From Thermoplasmatota archaeon (GTDB taxonomy: Archaea > Thermoplasmatota > Thermoplasmata > RBG-16-68-12 > JAGMCJ01): a DNA stretch of 64,000 nucleotides. The notes beneath the pieces were generated by a model, which worked only from the letters and a program-made list of their open reading frames with translations, searched no databases and was not told where the DNA came from. A program made the position numbers and the translations under genes. Positions 1-9,784 of the stretch are shown here, piece after piece. Where the stretch lies: positions 2,930 to 66,929 of the forward strand of contig JAJISE010000005.1 in NCBI GenBank assembly GCA_022848865.1, given 5' to 3'. The stretch's first letter is position 1, and each line of letters begins with the position of its first letter.

Positions 1-489
1 GAGGAGGTCGGTCCCGACTCTGAGGCCTGCCCCAAGTGTGGAGCTGGAATATGGGCCGGTGAGGAGGGCGTGAAGGAGTCCGCCGCGGCGGCGATTGACA
101 GTGCGTCGACGAGCATTGCGGAGGAGAGGTCGAATGTGCCATCGAACCTCGCCCGAGCTGAGATCGTCCTCGTCAGCGCAAAGGAGGCGTTCGACAGCGG
201 CGATTACCTGGCCGCGAACCGGGCGGCGAACCTGAGCGCCGAGATCGCGAAGACGACAGTCCTCCAGACGAAGATCTTCCAGGAGGCCGTCCGCAGGGCT
301 CAGTCCAGGATCATCCACCTCGAGGAGAAGGGCGGAGACGCTTCCGACGCCATCGATCTGCTCAGGAGGGCTGTGAAGGTGAAGCGGACCGGCAATATCC
401 GCGGCGCCGTCAGACTCGCGATAAAGTCGAGGATAATGGCCGAGGAGGCCGTCCCTGCCCCGAGGCTTTCTGAGATCGATCTCGGGTAA
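1..489 (+). CDS. Hypothetical protein, 5' partial (enters from upstream of the window). A CPKCG half zinc-ribbon lies at the window edge. The rest is predicted alpha-helical.
   Basis: Frame is open from nt 1 with no upstream stop. CxxC motif. GC3-rich codons. Confidence 0.45.
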   Translation, partial: EEVGPDSEACPKCGAGIWAGEEGVKESAAAAIDSASTSIAEERSNVPSNLARAEIVLVSAKEAFDSGDYLAANRAANLSAEIAKTTVLQTKIFQEAVRRAQSRIIHLEEKGGDASDAIDLLRRAVKVKRTGNIRGAVRLAIKSRIMAEEAVPAPRLSEIDLG

Positions 490-595
490 TCGCTGCGCCC
501 TTGCGCGTTGCGCCCTTGCGTGACCGCTAGGTCGATATGTCCATCCCAGCACAACAGTCTTTTTATTCCCTCCGCGGATTCCAGAGAGGGATAGG

Positions 596-1045
596 ATGAG
601 GGCGATTGTGCCGCATTTGGAGCTCTGCACTGGCTGCAGGATGTGTGAGATGGCGTGTTCGCTCCACCACGAGGGACTCGTGAACAGGGAATGGGGCAGG
701 ATCAGGATCCACAGGAAGGGCATCGAGCACTACGTCCCGGTTGCCTGCAACCAGGGAGCGTCCTGCGACAAGGAGTGCGTGAAGGTGTGCCCGGTCGACT
801 GCATTAGGGACGTGAACGGGCACGCGATCGAGGTCGTCAGGGAGGAGTGCATAGGCTGCGGGGAGTGCGTGGAGGCGTGTCCGTACAACGCAATTCACAT
901 GAGGGGCGATGTCGCGTTCAAATGCAATCTCTGCGACGGCGACCCGACGTGCGTCAAGTTCTGCTCGCTGAAGGCGATAACGTTCGAGGAAGGGGTTCCA
1001 GAGGAGTTCGACAGGGCCAAGGACGCCGCGGAGGCGATGAGATGA
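596..1045 (+). CDS. 4Fe-4S ferredoxin-domain protein, likely the electron-transfer partner of the downstream AOR
   Basis: Two CxxCxxCxxxCP-type clusters (CIGCGECVEACP, CVKVCPVDC). The stop overlaps the AOR start (ATGA...ATG). Confidence 0.8.
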   Translation: MRAIVPHLELCTGCRMCEMACSLHHEGLVNREWGRIRIHRKGIEHYVPVACNQGASCDKECVKVCPVDCIRDVNGHAIEVVREECIGCGECVEACPYNAIHMRGDVAFKCNLCDGDPTCVKFCSLKAITFEEGVPEEFDRAKDAAEAMR

Positions 1046-2868
1046 ATGGCTTCGCGGGAAGGATCCTGAAGATCGACCTGACAACGGGGGCAGTTGAGAA
1101 ATCGCCGCTGCCCGAGGCCTTCATCAGGACGTACCTGGGCGGGACCGGCTTCGCCGCGAGGTTTCTGTACGACAACGTGCCCCCGAACGCGGACGCGCTG
1201 GGCCCCTCCAACGTCCTGATCCTGGCTCCCGGGCTCCTCAACGGCTTTCCGGTACCCACAGGAGGCAAGGTGCTCTTCTGCGCCAAGTCCCCGCTGACCG
1301 GAACGATCGCAGAGAGCGTCATGGGGGCGAGGTTGGGAAGCGAGCTCAAGCGGGCGGGATACGATCTTCTGCTCGTCTCCGGGGTGTCGGGCTCTCCCTG
1401 CTACATCTACATAGACGACGAGGATGTCGAGATTAAAGATGCGGGGGGCCTCTGGGGGAAGGACACCCGAGCCACCGCAGAGGATATCAGGAGGACCGAA
1501 GGCGATGCTGTCGTTGCCTGCATCGGGATCGCCGGGGAGAACCTCGTCAGATACGCGAACATCGACTGTGAGGACAGGCAGTCAGGGAGGGGTGGGCTCG
1601 GAGCGGTCATGGGCTCAAAGCGGCTCAAGGCCATCGCGGTGAAGGGAACGGGGAATCTCAGACCACATGACGCGGACAAGCTCATGGACCTCTGTCTCCG
1701 ATACACCGAGAGGATGATCGAGAGCACGGCCTTCAACGATGACACCAAGTACGGGACTGGCGAGTTCCTTGAATGGATGAACTCCGAGAAGGGGACATTC
1801 CCCACGAGGAACTGGCGAGAGGGTGTCTTTGACGATAGGGAGAAGATAGACCCGTACCACTGGGCTCCGCTGTACACGAAAAGGAACAACGCGTGCTTGG
1901 CGTGCCCGAAACCCTGCGGGAGGATATTTGGCATCGACGAAGGCAAATACGCAGGACTCAGGATAGATGGCATTGAGTACGAACTGCTCTACTCGCTCGG
2001 CGGCCTGTGCGGGATGGGGGACATCGAGGAGCTGGCGAGGGCGAACGAGCTGTGCGATCTCCATGGGCTCGACGGCATTTCGGCGGGCGCCGCAGTGGCC
2101 TTCGCCATGGACCTGTTCCAGGATGGGATTCTCACGAGGGAGGACACTGGCGGGCTGGATCTCGAGTTCGGGGACCCCGAGGCCGAACTGAAGCTCATCG
2201 AGATGATCGCAAGAAGGGAAGGCCTCGGTGATGTTCTCGCGGAGGGCGTGAAAAGAGCGAGCGAGAGGATAGGGAAGGGTTCCGAGGATTATGCCGTTCA
2301 TGTGAAGGGCATGGAGCCGCCCGCCTACGACGTCAGGGGGATAAAGGGCATGGCCCTGGCCTTCATGACGTCCTCGCGCGGGGCCTGCCATCTTCGGAGC
2401 TGCGCCTACGCACTGGAGCTGACTGGTAAGTTCTGGAAGTTCGAGGGGGTGGACAGGTTCTCAACGAAAGGGAAGGGCGTGGAGATCAAGGAGCTCGAGG
2501 ACATGATGACTGTATACGATGTCCTGGGCGTCTGCAAGTTCTCGCGGGGATTCTTCCTGGCCGAGGGGTTCGTCGACATACTGCGAACCGTGACCGGGCT
2601 GGAATTCTCGGAATCGGAGATACTGGGACTGGGCGAGAGGATTAACAACCTGAAGCACATGTTCAACCTGAGAGAGGGGTTGACGAGGGACGATTTCCGT
2701 TTGCCGAAAAGGCTCCTGACGCTTCCCATACCCGAAGGGGTGTCCAAAGGTCACGTCGTCACGGAAGAAGAGATGAACAAGATGCTGGACGACTATTTCG
2801 AGGCGAGAGGGTGGAGCAAGGAAGGACTTCCCACGGAAGAGAAAATCAGTGGTCTGGATCTGGTCTAG
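1042..2868 (+). CDS. aor: Aldehyde:ferredoxin oxidoreductase (tungsten/molybdopterin AOR family)
   Basis: N-terminus MNGFAGRILKIDLTTG..YLGGTGFAARFLYD. AOR N- and C-domain architecture. About 608 aa after trimming the track ORF to the ATG at 1042. Confidence 0.9.
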   Translation: MNGFAGRILKIDLTTGAVEKSPLPEAFIRTYLGGTGFAARFLYDNVPPNADALGPSNVLILAPGLLNGFPVPTGGKVLFCAKSPLTGTIAESVMGARLGSELKRAGYDLLLVSGVSGSPCYIYIDDEDVEIKDAGGLWGKDTRATAEDIRRTEGDAVVACIGIAGENLVRYANIDCEDRQSGRGGLGAVMGSKRLKAIAVKGTGNLRPHDADKLMDLCLRYTERMIESTAFNDDTKYGTGEFLEWMNSEKGTFPTRNWREGVFDDREKIDPYHWAPLYTKRNNACLACPKPCGRIFGIDEGKYAGLRIDGIEYELLYSLGGLCGMGDIEELARANELCDLHGLDGISAGAAVAFAMDLFQDGILTREDTGGLDLEFGDPEAELKLIEMIARREGLGDVLAEGVKRASERIGKGSEDYAVHVKGMEPPAYDVRGIKGMALAFMTSSRGACHLRSCAYALELTGKFWKFEGVDRFSTKGKGVEIKELEDMMTVYDVLGVCKFSRGFFLAEGFVDILRTVTGLEFSESEILGLGERINNLKHMFNLREGLTRDDFRLPKRLLTLPIPEGVSKGHVVTEEEMNKMLDDYFEARGWSKEGLPTEEKISGLDLV

Positions 2869-3206
2869 ATCTCCTTTGCTTTGGCCAAGATGTCCTGGAC
2901 GGCCTTGTCGATATCTTCCATGGTCCTGTCCCGGGGCACGGCGACTACGAGCAGGGCCCGCTTTCCGGCATTGTAGATTATCATGTTCAGGTCCCCGGCC
3001 TCCACCACGATTCTTGAGGGTTCGTCCTTTCCGAGTTCCGTCGCTGCCGTAATGCTGGCTCCAACGATCGTGGCGCTCATGATTCCGAAGGTGTCCAGCG
3101 CCACCTCGTCAGGAACATCGTGATGCATCATCAGTCCGTCCTTTCCAACGACTGCAGATGCAACCGCCCCGCACGTCTCTCTCAACTTCTTGAGATTCTC
3201 GTCCAT
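2865..3206 (-). CDS. Roadblock/LC7 (MglB-like) domain protein
   Basis: About 113 aa starting MDENLKKLRE. The longer track ORF would overlap the upstream gene. It lies 5 nt downstream of the V4R gene. Confidence 0.6.
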   Translation of the reverse strand: MDENLKKLRETCGAVASAVVGKDGLMMHHDVPDEVALDTFGIMSATIVGASITAATELGKDEPSRIVVEAGDLNMIIYNAGKRALLVVAVPRDRTMEDIDKAVQDILAKAKEI

Positions 3207-3211
3207 ATCCG

Positions 3212-3625
3212 TCACTCCATCGTTTCGGGCTCTATTATGAACACGCAACTGCTCTTCCCAGTGCTCTCGCAACTTGTCTCCATGCACCGCACATTCCTGC
3301 CGAGATGCTCTTCGTAGATCGTGGTTATGATTCCCCGTATCCTATGGCAGGTCTCCGTGTCGCCGTTCGGCTTCATCTCGACGGACCCCTTCACGATCAC
3401 TTCGTTCTCCCTGAAGTCTATCGAGTCGGCCCAACCTCTGGCTTCCATTATGTTGGCCGCGACATCGAAGTAGCCGTCCGAGTTGTTCTTCGCAATTCTG
3501 ACAATCTCCGCCCCATAGAGGATTCCCTCGCGGAAGAAGAGTCCATGGCAGGCATAGGACATGATGCTCTCATAGAGCTGTCTTACTTTGGCCAGTTCAT
3601 CCTGAGAAATCTTAACGAACTTCAT
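3212..3625 (-). CDS. V4R (4-vinyl reductase-like) domain protein
   Basis: Start trimmed to MKFVKISQDELAKV, which has an AT-rich promoter upstream. C-terminal conserved Cys (CMETSCESTGKSSC). In an operon with the Roadblock gene. Confidence 0.55.
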   Translation of the reverse strand: MKFVKISQDELAKVRQLYESIMSYACHGLFFREGILYGAEIVRIAKNNSDGYFDVAANIMEARGWADSIDFRENEVIVKGSVEMKPNGDTETCHRIRGIITTIYEEHLGRNVRCMETSCESTGKSSCVFIIEPETME

Positions 3626-3674
3626 CCTTAGTAGCGTGAACCTACTGAGGACAATAATAAAGGTTTTGTTGTGG

Positions 3675-4223
3675 TTATCTTTCGCGACAATCCCTGCAGA
3701 CAAGCTGGCCCTGGATTTCCTGGAGGTTATATGCGAAGGCCCTGCACAGCTCGCAGTAGCCCCGCACCCCTGAGGCATCAGGTCTCTCGGAGGATATCAT
3801 GGAGATCTCCCTGGTCAGCTCGATCAGGTTCGGCCATATCTTGATGATGTCGTTCTCCGTGACTATCCCGAGCAGACCTTCCTTCTCCAGCACAACGAGC
3901 CTCCTTATCCTGTTCTTGGCCATGAGCCTGGCGGCGTCCTCGATTGACTCGTGCGGGTGGATCGTCTTCACGGGGCTGCTCATTATCTGCTTCACCGTGA
4001 CGGCGGACGGCTTGGCATCCTCGGCCACGACCTTCGCCACGATATCCTTCTCGGTGACAATGCCCACGGGCTTCCCACCCTTCACGACGATTAGGCTCCC
4101 GATCTCCCTGTCCTTCATGAGTTTGGAGGCCATATCGACCGTCTCCTTCGGCTGCACTGTGACTAGATTACGCGACATCACTTCCATGACTGGAACCTGG
4201 AGATCTGCCTTGTCTAGCACCAA
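3675..4223 (-). CDS. CBS-domain pair protein with C-terminal zinc ribbon
   Basis: Two CBS repeats (GIVTEKDIV, GIVTENDII). C-terminal CELC...CRDC. Confidence 0.75.
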   Translation of the reverse strand: MVLDKADLQVPVMEVMSRNLVTVQPKETVDMASKLMKDREIGSLIVVKGGKPVGIVTEKDIVAKVVAEDAKPSAVTVKQIMSSPVKTIHPHESIEDAARLMAKNRIRRLVVLEKEGLLGIVTENDIIKIWPNLIELTREISMISSERPDASGVRGYCELCRAFAYNLQEIQGQLVCRDCRER

Positions 4224-4302
4224 TTCTCCCTAACGTGATGTTTCCATTTAAGGATTGTGAATATCCAAGAGTTTAAGTCGTGCATCTCGATATTGTGCTC
4301 TG

Positions 4303-4914
4303 ATGTATTCGGTGGAGGAGGGGGAACGCGCTGTTCTGGCGGCGCGGAAGGTTGTTGAGAGCTACGTTCGTGGAGAGGTGCAGTACGACCTCGATCTCCC
4401 CGATGGTTTCGAGGAGAAGTCGGGCGTCTTCGTCACCATCGACACATTCCCCGCGAGGGACCTCCGGGGGTGCATCGGCTATCCGGAGCCCTTCTTCCCG
4501 TTGGGGGAGGCGCTCGTCAAGGCGTCGCAGGAGGCAACTAGGGACCCGAGGTTTCCGCCTTTGAGGGAGGCCGAGCTGGACGATATCGTCATCGAGGTCA
4601 GCCTGCTCACGCCACCCGAAGAGATCCTCGTAAGGAAGCCCAGGGAGTACTTGAAGAGCATCGAGGTGGGCAGGGATGGACTTATCGCCAGGAAGGGCGT
4701 CTTCAGAGGTCTTCTCCTGCCACAGGTCGCCATCGACTGGGAATGGAGTTCCGAGGAGTTCATATCGCAAACGTGCATGAAGGCAGGGCTGAGGTCGGAC
4801 GAATGGCTGAAAGGCGACGCGCGGATATACAGGTTCTCCGCGGAGATATTCGGCGAGAAGACGCCCAGAGGGGAGATAGAGAAACGCGTCCTGGGTGGAA
4901 AGGATGATCATTGA
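4303..4914 (+). CDS. AMMECR1-domain protein
   Basis: CIGYPEP motif and AMMECR1 fold signature. Confidence 0.8.
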   Translation: MYSVEEGERAVLAARKVVESYVRGEVQYDLDLPDGFEEKSGVFVTIDTFPARDLRGCIGYPEPFFPLGEALVKASQEATRDPRFPPLREAELDDIVIEVSLLTPPEEILVRKPREYLKSIEVGRDGLIARKGVFRGLLLPQVAIDWEWSSEEFISQTCMKAGLRSDEWLKGDARIYRFSAEIFGEKTPRGEIEKRVLGGKDDH

Positions 4915-6151
4915 GGGGCGCGCATATGTCCGCGGAAGCCTGCAGGACTGCTGCATCGGCGTGGAGAATGGGAGAATAGCGGAGATCAAGCGGACCCTGA
5001 AGGGCGACGAGAAGCTGCGCTTCGGCGGCATCATTCTTCCGGCCGGCATCGATCTCCACGTGCACTTCCGGGAACCTGGACTAACACGCAAGGAGGATTT
5101 CCTGTCGGGGACCACGGCCGCCGCCTGCGGCGGGATAACTTGTGCGTTCGACATGCCCAACACGCTCCCTCCAGCGACCACTCCCGAGAGGATGGAGGAA
5201 AAGGTCGCGGCGGTCGAAAGGAGGGCGTTCGTGGACTTCGGGCTGTACGCGGGACTGACGGAGGAGAGCGACATCGATGGCCTCGCCGAGACCGCAACGG
5301 CGTTCAAGATATACCTGACCGTATCGGAAGGCGATTTGGCGGTTGGCGATTTCAGCAAACTGCTCGGGCTGAAGGAGGAGCTTTCCGCGGCGGGGAAGTT
5401 CATCTCGGTCCATTGCGAGGACCCGGGACACATCAGGGACGGAGAGGCCAAGAGGCTCGAGGACCACCTGGCATCGAGACCAGACAGCGCTGAGGTCGGC
5501 GGGATAGAGATGGCGGAGCGGCTCAAGGGATTGAGAGTCCACGTGGCCCACCTCTCATCCGAGAGGGGATTGACGTCCCTTGCTGGCACGGGCTTCACGA
5601 GCGAAGTCACACCCCATCACCTGTTCCTCAATGTGAACTGCGACCTGGGCGCCTTTGCGAAGGTGAATCCCCCGCTCAGGCACAAGCATGACCAGAACGC
5701 GCTGTGGCAGGCCTTCACCGATGGAGGGATAGACGTCGTGTCATCCGACCACGCGCCCCACACCGTGGATGAGAAGGAGGCGGGCTTCGATTCCGCGCCC
5801 GCCGGAATGCCAGGGGTGGAGACCACGATCCCTCTTCTGTTGGAGAGGGTCAGGCTGGGGAGCCTGCCTCTTGAGAGGTTCGTCAACGTCGTATGCGAGA
5901 GGCCCGCCGAGATGCTCTCCCTGAAGAAGGGGAGGATCGAGGTGGGATACGATGCCGACATGATAGCCGTCGACCTCAAGCGCCCGCGAAGGATCAGGGC
6001 GGACGACCTGCACTCCAAGTGTGGCTGGACGCCCTTCGAGGGCATGAGCGGCGTCTTCCCGCAGGCGACCATCTTCCGGGGCGAGCAGATCGTGCGAGAC
6101 GGGGCTGTGATAGGCAAGCCGTCCGGAAGATACGTGGGAGCAAAGCATTAA
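4895..6151 (+). CDS. pyrC: Dihydroorotase-like cyclic amidohydrolase
   Basis: DLHVHFREPG metal-binding HxH motif. Amidohydrolase length and motifs. 20-nt overlap with the AMMECR1 gene. Confidence 0.7.
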   Translation: MERMIIEGRAYVRGSLQDCCIGVENGRIAEIKRTLKGDEKLRFGGIILPAGIDLHVHFREPGLTRKEDFLSGTTAAACGGITCAFDMPNTLPPATTPERMEEKVAAVERRAFVDFGLYAGLTEESDIDGLAETATAFKIYLTVSEGDLAVGDFSKLLGLKEELSAAGKFISVHCEDPGHIRDGEAKRLEDHLASRPDSAEVGGIEMAERLKGLRVHVAHLSSERGLTSLAGTGFTSEVTPHHLFLNVNCDLGAFAKVNPPLRHKHDQNALWQAFTDGGIDVVSSDHAPHTVDEKEAGFDSAPAGMPGVETTIPLLLERVRLGSLPLERFVNVVCERPAEMLSLKKGRIEVGYDADMIAVDLKRPRRIRADDLHSKCGWTPFEGMSGVFPQATIFRGEQIVRDGAVIGKPSGRYVGAKH

Positions 6152-6181
6152 CTACGGATTACGATTCATAGTGACAGCCAT

Positions 6182-6799
6182 ATGTCCTCGTTCGTAGCAG
6201 AGATTGTGGGTTTCGTGAGGGACCTCGTTCTTGTTCTGGGTTACCCGGGAATCTTCTTGGCGATGTTCGTGGAGGGGATAATCACGCCCATTCCCAGCGA
6301 GGCGATCCTTCCATTGGCAGGCTCCTTGGCCTATGAGGGCAGGTTCGAGGTCTGGGCGGTCATAGTCGTTGCGACTGTCGGTGCAACGTTGGGCTCCACG
6401 GTCGCGTACTTCATCGGAGACTACTTCGGCCGGGGCTTCGTGCACAGGTTCGGGAAGTACTTCAGGCTGACCGAAGAGCACCTCGAGCGGACCGAGCGGT
6501 GGTTCGAGAAGTACGGCAGGGCCTCCATCTTCATCGGGCACTGCCTACCGGGGACGAGGTCGTTCATCTCCTTCCCCGCCGGAATCGCGAAGATGGACCT
6601 GCGCAACTTCGTGATCTCGACGTTCTTTGGAGCCCTTGTATGGAACACCGTGCTGACGCTCACGGGCTACTTCCTCAGCAGCCAGCTGGACACCCTGGAA
6701 GGGTTCTTCGAGTATCTGGACATCATCGCGCTGATTGCAGTTCTGTCGGTCATAATCGTCTACTTCATCTGGACAAGGAAGCGCCCCGCTCAGGTGTAG
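6182..6799 (+). CDS. DedA/VTT-family membrane protein
   Basis: GYPGIFLAMFVEGIITPIPSE signature. Multiple TM helices. Confidence 0.8.
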   Translation: MSSFVAEIVGFVRDLVLVLGYPGIFLAMFVEGIITPIPSEAILPLAGSLAYEGRFEVWAVIVVATVGATLGSTVAYFIGDYFGRGFVHRFGKYFRLTEEHLERTERWFEKYGRASIFIGHCLPGTRSFISFPAGIAKMDLRNFVISTFFGALVWNTVLTLTGYFLSSQLDTLEGFFEYLDIIALIAVLSVIIVYFIWTRKRPAQV

Positions 6800-8556
6800 T
6801 AGTACTCGCCCGCCGCCTTCTGCTCGCGGTCCAGGCGGGAGTCGGGGTTATTGATCCGGGGTCTGTTCGTCTCGTTGTCCCGCCTGAACGTGATCGAGAC
6901 CTCCTTGAGGAACTTGTTCATGCCCTCGCGCATCCCGAACGGCCCCTCGCCGATCCCCTTCTTGGAGGGTTCGCCGTGGAAGACCATGAGCGCGTCGGAG
7001 ACGAGGTCGATGAAGTAGATGTCGTGGTCCACGATCATCCCGCTCATTCCCTTGCTCTCCATCGCCCTCCTTATGGCCCTGGCGGCCTCCATCCTCTGGT
7101 TCGAGTCGAGGTATGCAGATGGCTCGTCGATGAGGTAGATGTCCGCTTCCCTTGCGAGGCACAGGCCGATAGCGACGCCCTGGAGTTCCCCTCCAGAGAG
7201 CGTCGGGATAGACCGTTCCATGAGCGATTCCAGATTCAGCGGCCCTGCGATTTCGGTCGTGAAGTGGCTCGTCTCGAACTCCTCTCCCGCCTCATTGAGG
7301 AAGGCCTCGCGGACGGTGCCCTTGAACTTCGGCTCGATGTACTGGGGCTTATAACTCACCTTGAGGTCTGCCTCGACGTTGCCCTTCGTGGGGTTCAGAA
7401 CTCCCGCCAGCATCTTCACGAACGTGGTCTTGCCCGTGGCGTTTGGTCCGACGACCCCGACAACCTCTCCCTGTCGGATGACGCCCTCGCTCGTCTTGAG
7501 CGTGAACCCCTTGAACCTCTTGTAGAGCGGCTCGAACTGAACCAGCGGCTGCCCGCCCCACTCCTTCCTGGGTGCGTGGGCCTCGAACCTGATCTCCCTC
7601 TCCCGGAACCTTATGTTCTCCTCCTTCAGGAAGCCTTGGAGATAGGTGTTGATGGCGGCGCGAACGCCCCGCGGCTGCGCGACGACGCCGAATGCCCCCT
7701 TCTCGCCGAACATCAGGTGGACACTGTCGGCAAGGAAGTCCAGTACGGCGAGGTCGTGCTCTATGACGACGACCTGCTTCGTCTGCGACAGGGCCTGAAT
7801 GGACTCCGCGACCTTAAGTCTCTGATGTATGTCCAAGTAGGAGGACGGCTCGTCGAAGAAGTAGATGTCGGCGTCCTTGAGGAAGGTTGCCGCTATGGCC
7901 ACGCGCTGAAGCTCCCCGCCGGAGAGTTTGGACAGATCGCGGTCGATGGTGTGGCTGATGCCGAACTCGCTCGAGACGTCCTCGAGGTTTCCCGACTCGT
8001 CCACCCTCTCGAGAAGCTCCCCTGCCTTTCCCTTGTGAACGCCAGTAAGCTTGTCCACGTACTGCGGCTTGAAGGATGTGCGGAGGTCCTCCCCGGCGAT
8101 CCTGCTCAGGTAGTTGTGCATCTCCGTTCCCGCGTACGTCTCCAGAGCCAGTTCCCACGAGGGCTTACGGCGCAGATTGCCCATGTTCGGGACGGTCTCG
8201 CCGGAGAGGATGCTAATGACTGTGGTCTTTCCAATCCCGTTGGGCCCGAGCATTCCCATCACCTCCCCCTGATGCGGCGTGGGGAGCCTGTAGAGCCTGA
8301 ACCCGTTGACGCCATACTGGTGGACGATCTCCTTCGAGAGCTCCTTCGGAAGACCGACGATGCGGATCGCGTCGAACGGGCATTTGTGAATGCAAATGCC
8401 GCAGCCGACGCAGAGCTCCTCCGATATGACCGGCCTGCCCTCCTCGCCCATCACTATCGTCTCGGTGCCCGTTCTCACGGGAGGACAGTAGCTCATGCAC
8501 TCCACGTTGCACCGCCTGGGCTGGCACCTGTCGCGAAGAAGGACCGCGATTCGCAT
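6790..8556 (-). CDS. abce1: ABCE1 / RNase L inhibitor (ribosome recycling ATPase)
   Basis: N-terminal FeS domain (CxxCxxC...C), twin ABC cassettes with Walker A and signature motifs, 588 aa. Confidence 0.9.
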   Translation of the reverse strand: MRIAVLLRDRCQPRRCNVECMSYCPPVRTGTETIVMGEEGRPVISEELCVGCGICIHKCPFDAIRIVGLPKELSKEIVHQYGVNGFRLYRLPTPHQGEVMGMLGPNGIGKTTVISILSGETVPNMGNLRRKPSWELALETYAGTEMHNYLSRIAGEDLRTSFKPQYVDKLTGVHKGKAGELLERVDESGNLEDVSSEFGISHTIDRDLSKLSGGELQRVAIAATFLKDADIYFFDEPSSYLDIHQRLKVAESIQALSQTKQVVVIEHDLAVLDFLADSVHLMFGEKGAFGVVAQPRGVRAAINTYLQGFLKEENIRFREREIRFEAHAPRKEWGGQPLVQFEPLYKRFKGFTLKTSEGVIRQGEVVGVVGPNATGKTTFVKMLAGVLNPTKGNVEADLKVSYKPQYIEPKFKGTVREAFLNEAGEEFETSHFTTEIAGPLNLESLMERSIPTLSGGELQGVAIGLCLAREADIYLIDEPSAYLDSNQRMEAARAIRRAMESKGMSGMIVDHDIYFIDLVSDALMVFHGEPSKKGIGEGPFGMREGMNKFLKEVSITFRRDNETNRPRINNPDSRLDREQKAAGEYYYT

Positions 8557-8640
8557 CCTCTGATTGGAAGGTTCGGCCGATATTTAAGAGCGATGTAGGA
8601 GCGATGCAACAGGTTTTAATGTTCGACCACCTTGCGGTTC

Positions 8641-9000
8641 ATGATGATACCTGGAGGAAGGATGAGTCCCAAGCAGATGCAGGCAGCCATGAAGCGGTTG
8701 GGAATCAAGACGGAAGAGCTGGAGAACGTGGAGGAGGTCGTCATCAGGACAGCGGACAAGGAATACATCATCCCGAGGGCCGCCGTCACGAAGATGGAGG
8801 TCCAGGGCCAGACCACATATCAGATAGTGGGGGAAGCGGAGGAGTTCGCCAAGTCAGAAGAGGGCCCGCGGGTCCCTGAGGAGGATGTCAGACTCGTTGC
8901 AGAGAAGGCGAACGTCAGTGAAGAGAGGGCCCGCCAGGCCCTGATTGACTGCGACGGCGAGCTCGCGGAGGCCATCGTGAAGCTGATGGGCGAGGGATAG
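8641..9000 (+). CDS. nac: Nascent polypeptide-associated complex alpha subunit (NAC with UBA domain)
   Basis: MMIPGG...QMQAAMKRLGI N-terminus and C-terminal UBA-like domain. The alternative start is the ATG at 8662, which is preceded by a GGAGG. Confidence 0.8.
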   Translation: MMIPGGRMSPKQMQAAMKRLGIKTEELENVEEVVIRTADKEYIIPRAAVTKMEVQGQTTYQIVGEAEEFAKSEEGPRVPEEDVRLVAEKANVSEERARQALIDCDGELAEAIVKLMGEG

Positions 9001-9017
9001 CTCCGGGGAGGAGTCCT

Positions 9018-9404
9018 ATGAAGATTGCTCATACATCCATCCGCGCGAAGAACATGAACGAGGCCATTGCGTTCTACGAGGGCATCGGGCTGAAGTTGGT
9101 GAGCCGGAGGGAGATCCCGCAGAACGAGGCGGAGATAGCATTCTTGGAGGCGCCGGGCGGCGGGGCGAAGCTGGAGCTCACGCACTACAACGGGCAGGAG
9201 AGCTACTCTCAGGCGGAGTACGAGGACAGGGTCTTCGACCACATCGCCCTGGAGACTGACGATATGGACGGCGTCCTTCAGAAGGTCAAGGAATCCGGCG
9301 GGAACGTGACGGACGAGCCCTTTCATCTCAATCCTGGCGGGCCGAGGATCGCCTTCTTCGAGGATCCAAACGAGGTCCTCATAGAGCTCATCGAGAGGTC
9401 ATGA
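9018..9404 (+). CDS. Glyoxalase/VOC-family protein
   Basis: VOC fold motifs (HIALETDDMDG..., EDPNEVLIEL). Confidence 0.75.
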   Translation: MKIAHTSIRAKNMNEAIAFYEGIGLKLVSRREIPQNEAEIAFLEAPGGGAKLELTHYNGQESYSQAEYEDRVFDHIALETDDMDGVLQKVKESGGNVTDEPFHLNPGGPRIAFFEDPNEVLIELIERS

Positions 9405-9446
9405 CGGAACCGCTCGCTTGACCGTTCCTGCGCTCCGCTGTCAAAG

Positions 9447-9454
9447 TATATATA
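9447..9454 (+). promoter_or_regulatory. TATA box (tatatata) about 27 nt upstream of the inferred SRP RNA 5' end
   Basis: AT-rich octamer in an otherwise GC-rich region. The spacing to the start of the terminal helix fits an archaeal BRE/TATA promoter. Confidence 0.5.
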
Positions 9455-9476
9455 CCTACGAGAACTTTGAACGCTT

Positions 9477-9784
9477 GCTAGGCTTGACCGGAGGGCTCGG
9501 CGTCCTCTTGTACACCGAAACCGTCGTTAGCGGGGGTGACAGTCGAGGGCGGCGTCACCAGCTTGATGTTGACCCTCTGGCCAACTATGAGGTCCTGTCC
9601 TGTGGGGCAGGAGGCGGTGAGAAGTCGATCGGAGGATCGAAACTATCACCCTGATCGTGGATATCGGGTCAGGCACGGAAGTGAGCAGCCTTACCACGAA
9701 CTACCGGCGCTCGCGGGGTCGCGGGACCGAGGCGGCCTGAGGACAACCGGCATCGAGTCTGAGCGTCCACCTCGGCGGCCTAGC
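9477..9784 (+). ncRNA. ffs: Signal recognition particle RNA (7S / SRP RNA), about 300 nt
   Basis: Conserved domain-IV / helix-8 motif GGUCAGG-CACGGAAG-UGAGCAGCC at about 9663-9688. The 5' end (GCUAGGCU) and 3' end (GGCCUAGC) pair as a terminal helix. There is no credible ORF here and a TATA box lies upstream. Confidence 0.6.

Noticed and set aside
847-1041. N-terminal 65-aa extension of the AOR track ORF
   Set aside because: It overlaps the ferredoxin gene in another frame and is R/G-rich. The conserved AOR N-terminus begins at the ATG at 1042, which overlaps the ferredoxin stop.}},{
6499-8598. 699-aa ORF on the plus strand, antisense to ABCE1. Similar long antisense ORFs occur at 11477-12595, 13178-14404, 28628-29992, 30167-32155, 44777-46552 and 59048-60679.
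   Set aside because: All are opposite strongly supported genes. Their translations are Arg/Leu/Pro/Gly-rich with no motifs, which is the typical open antisense frame of a GC-rich genome.}},{
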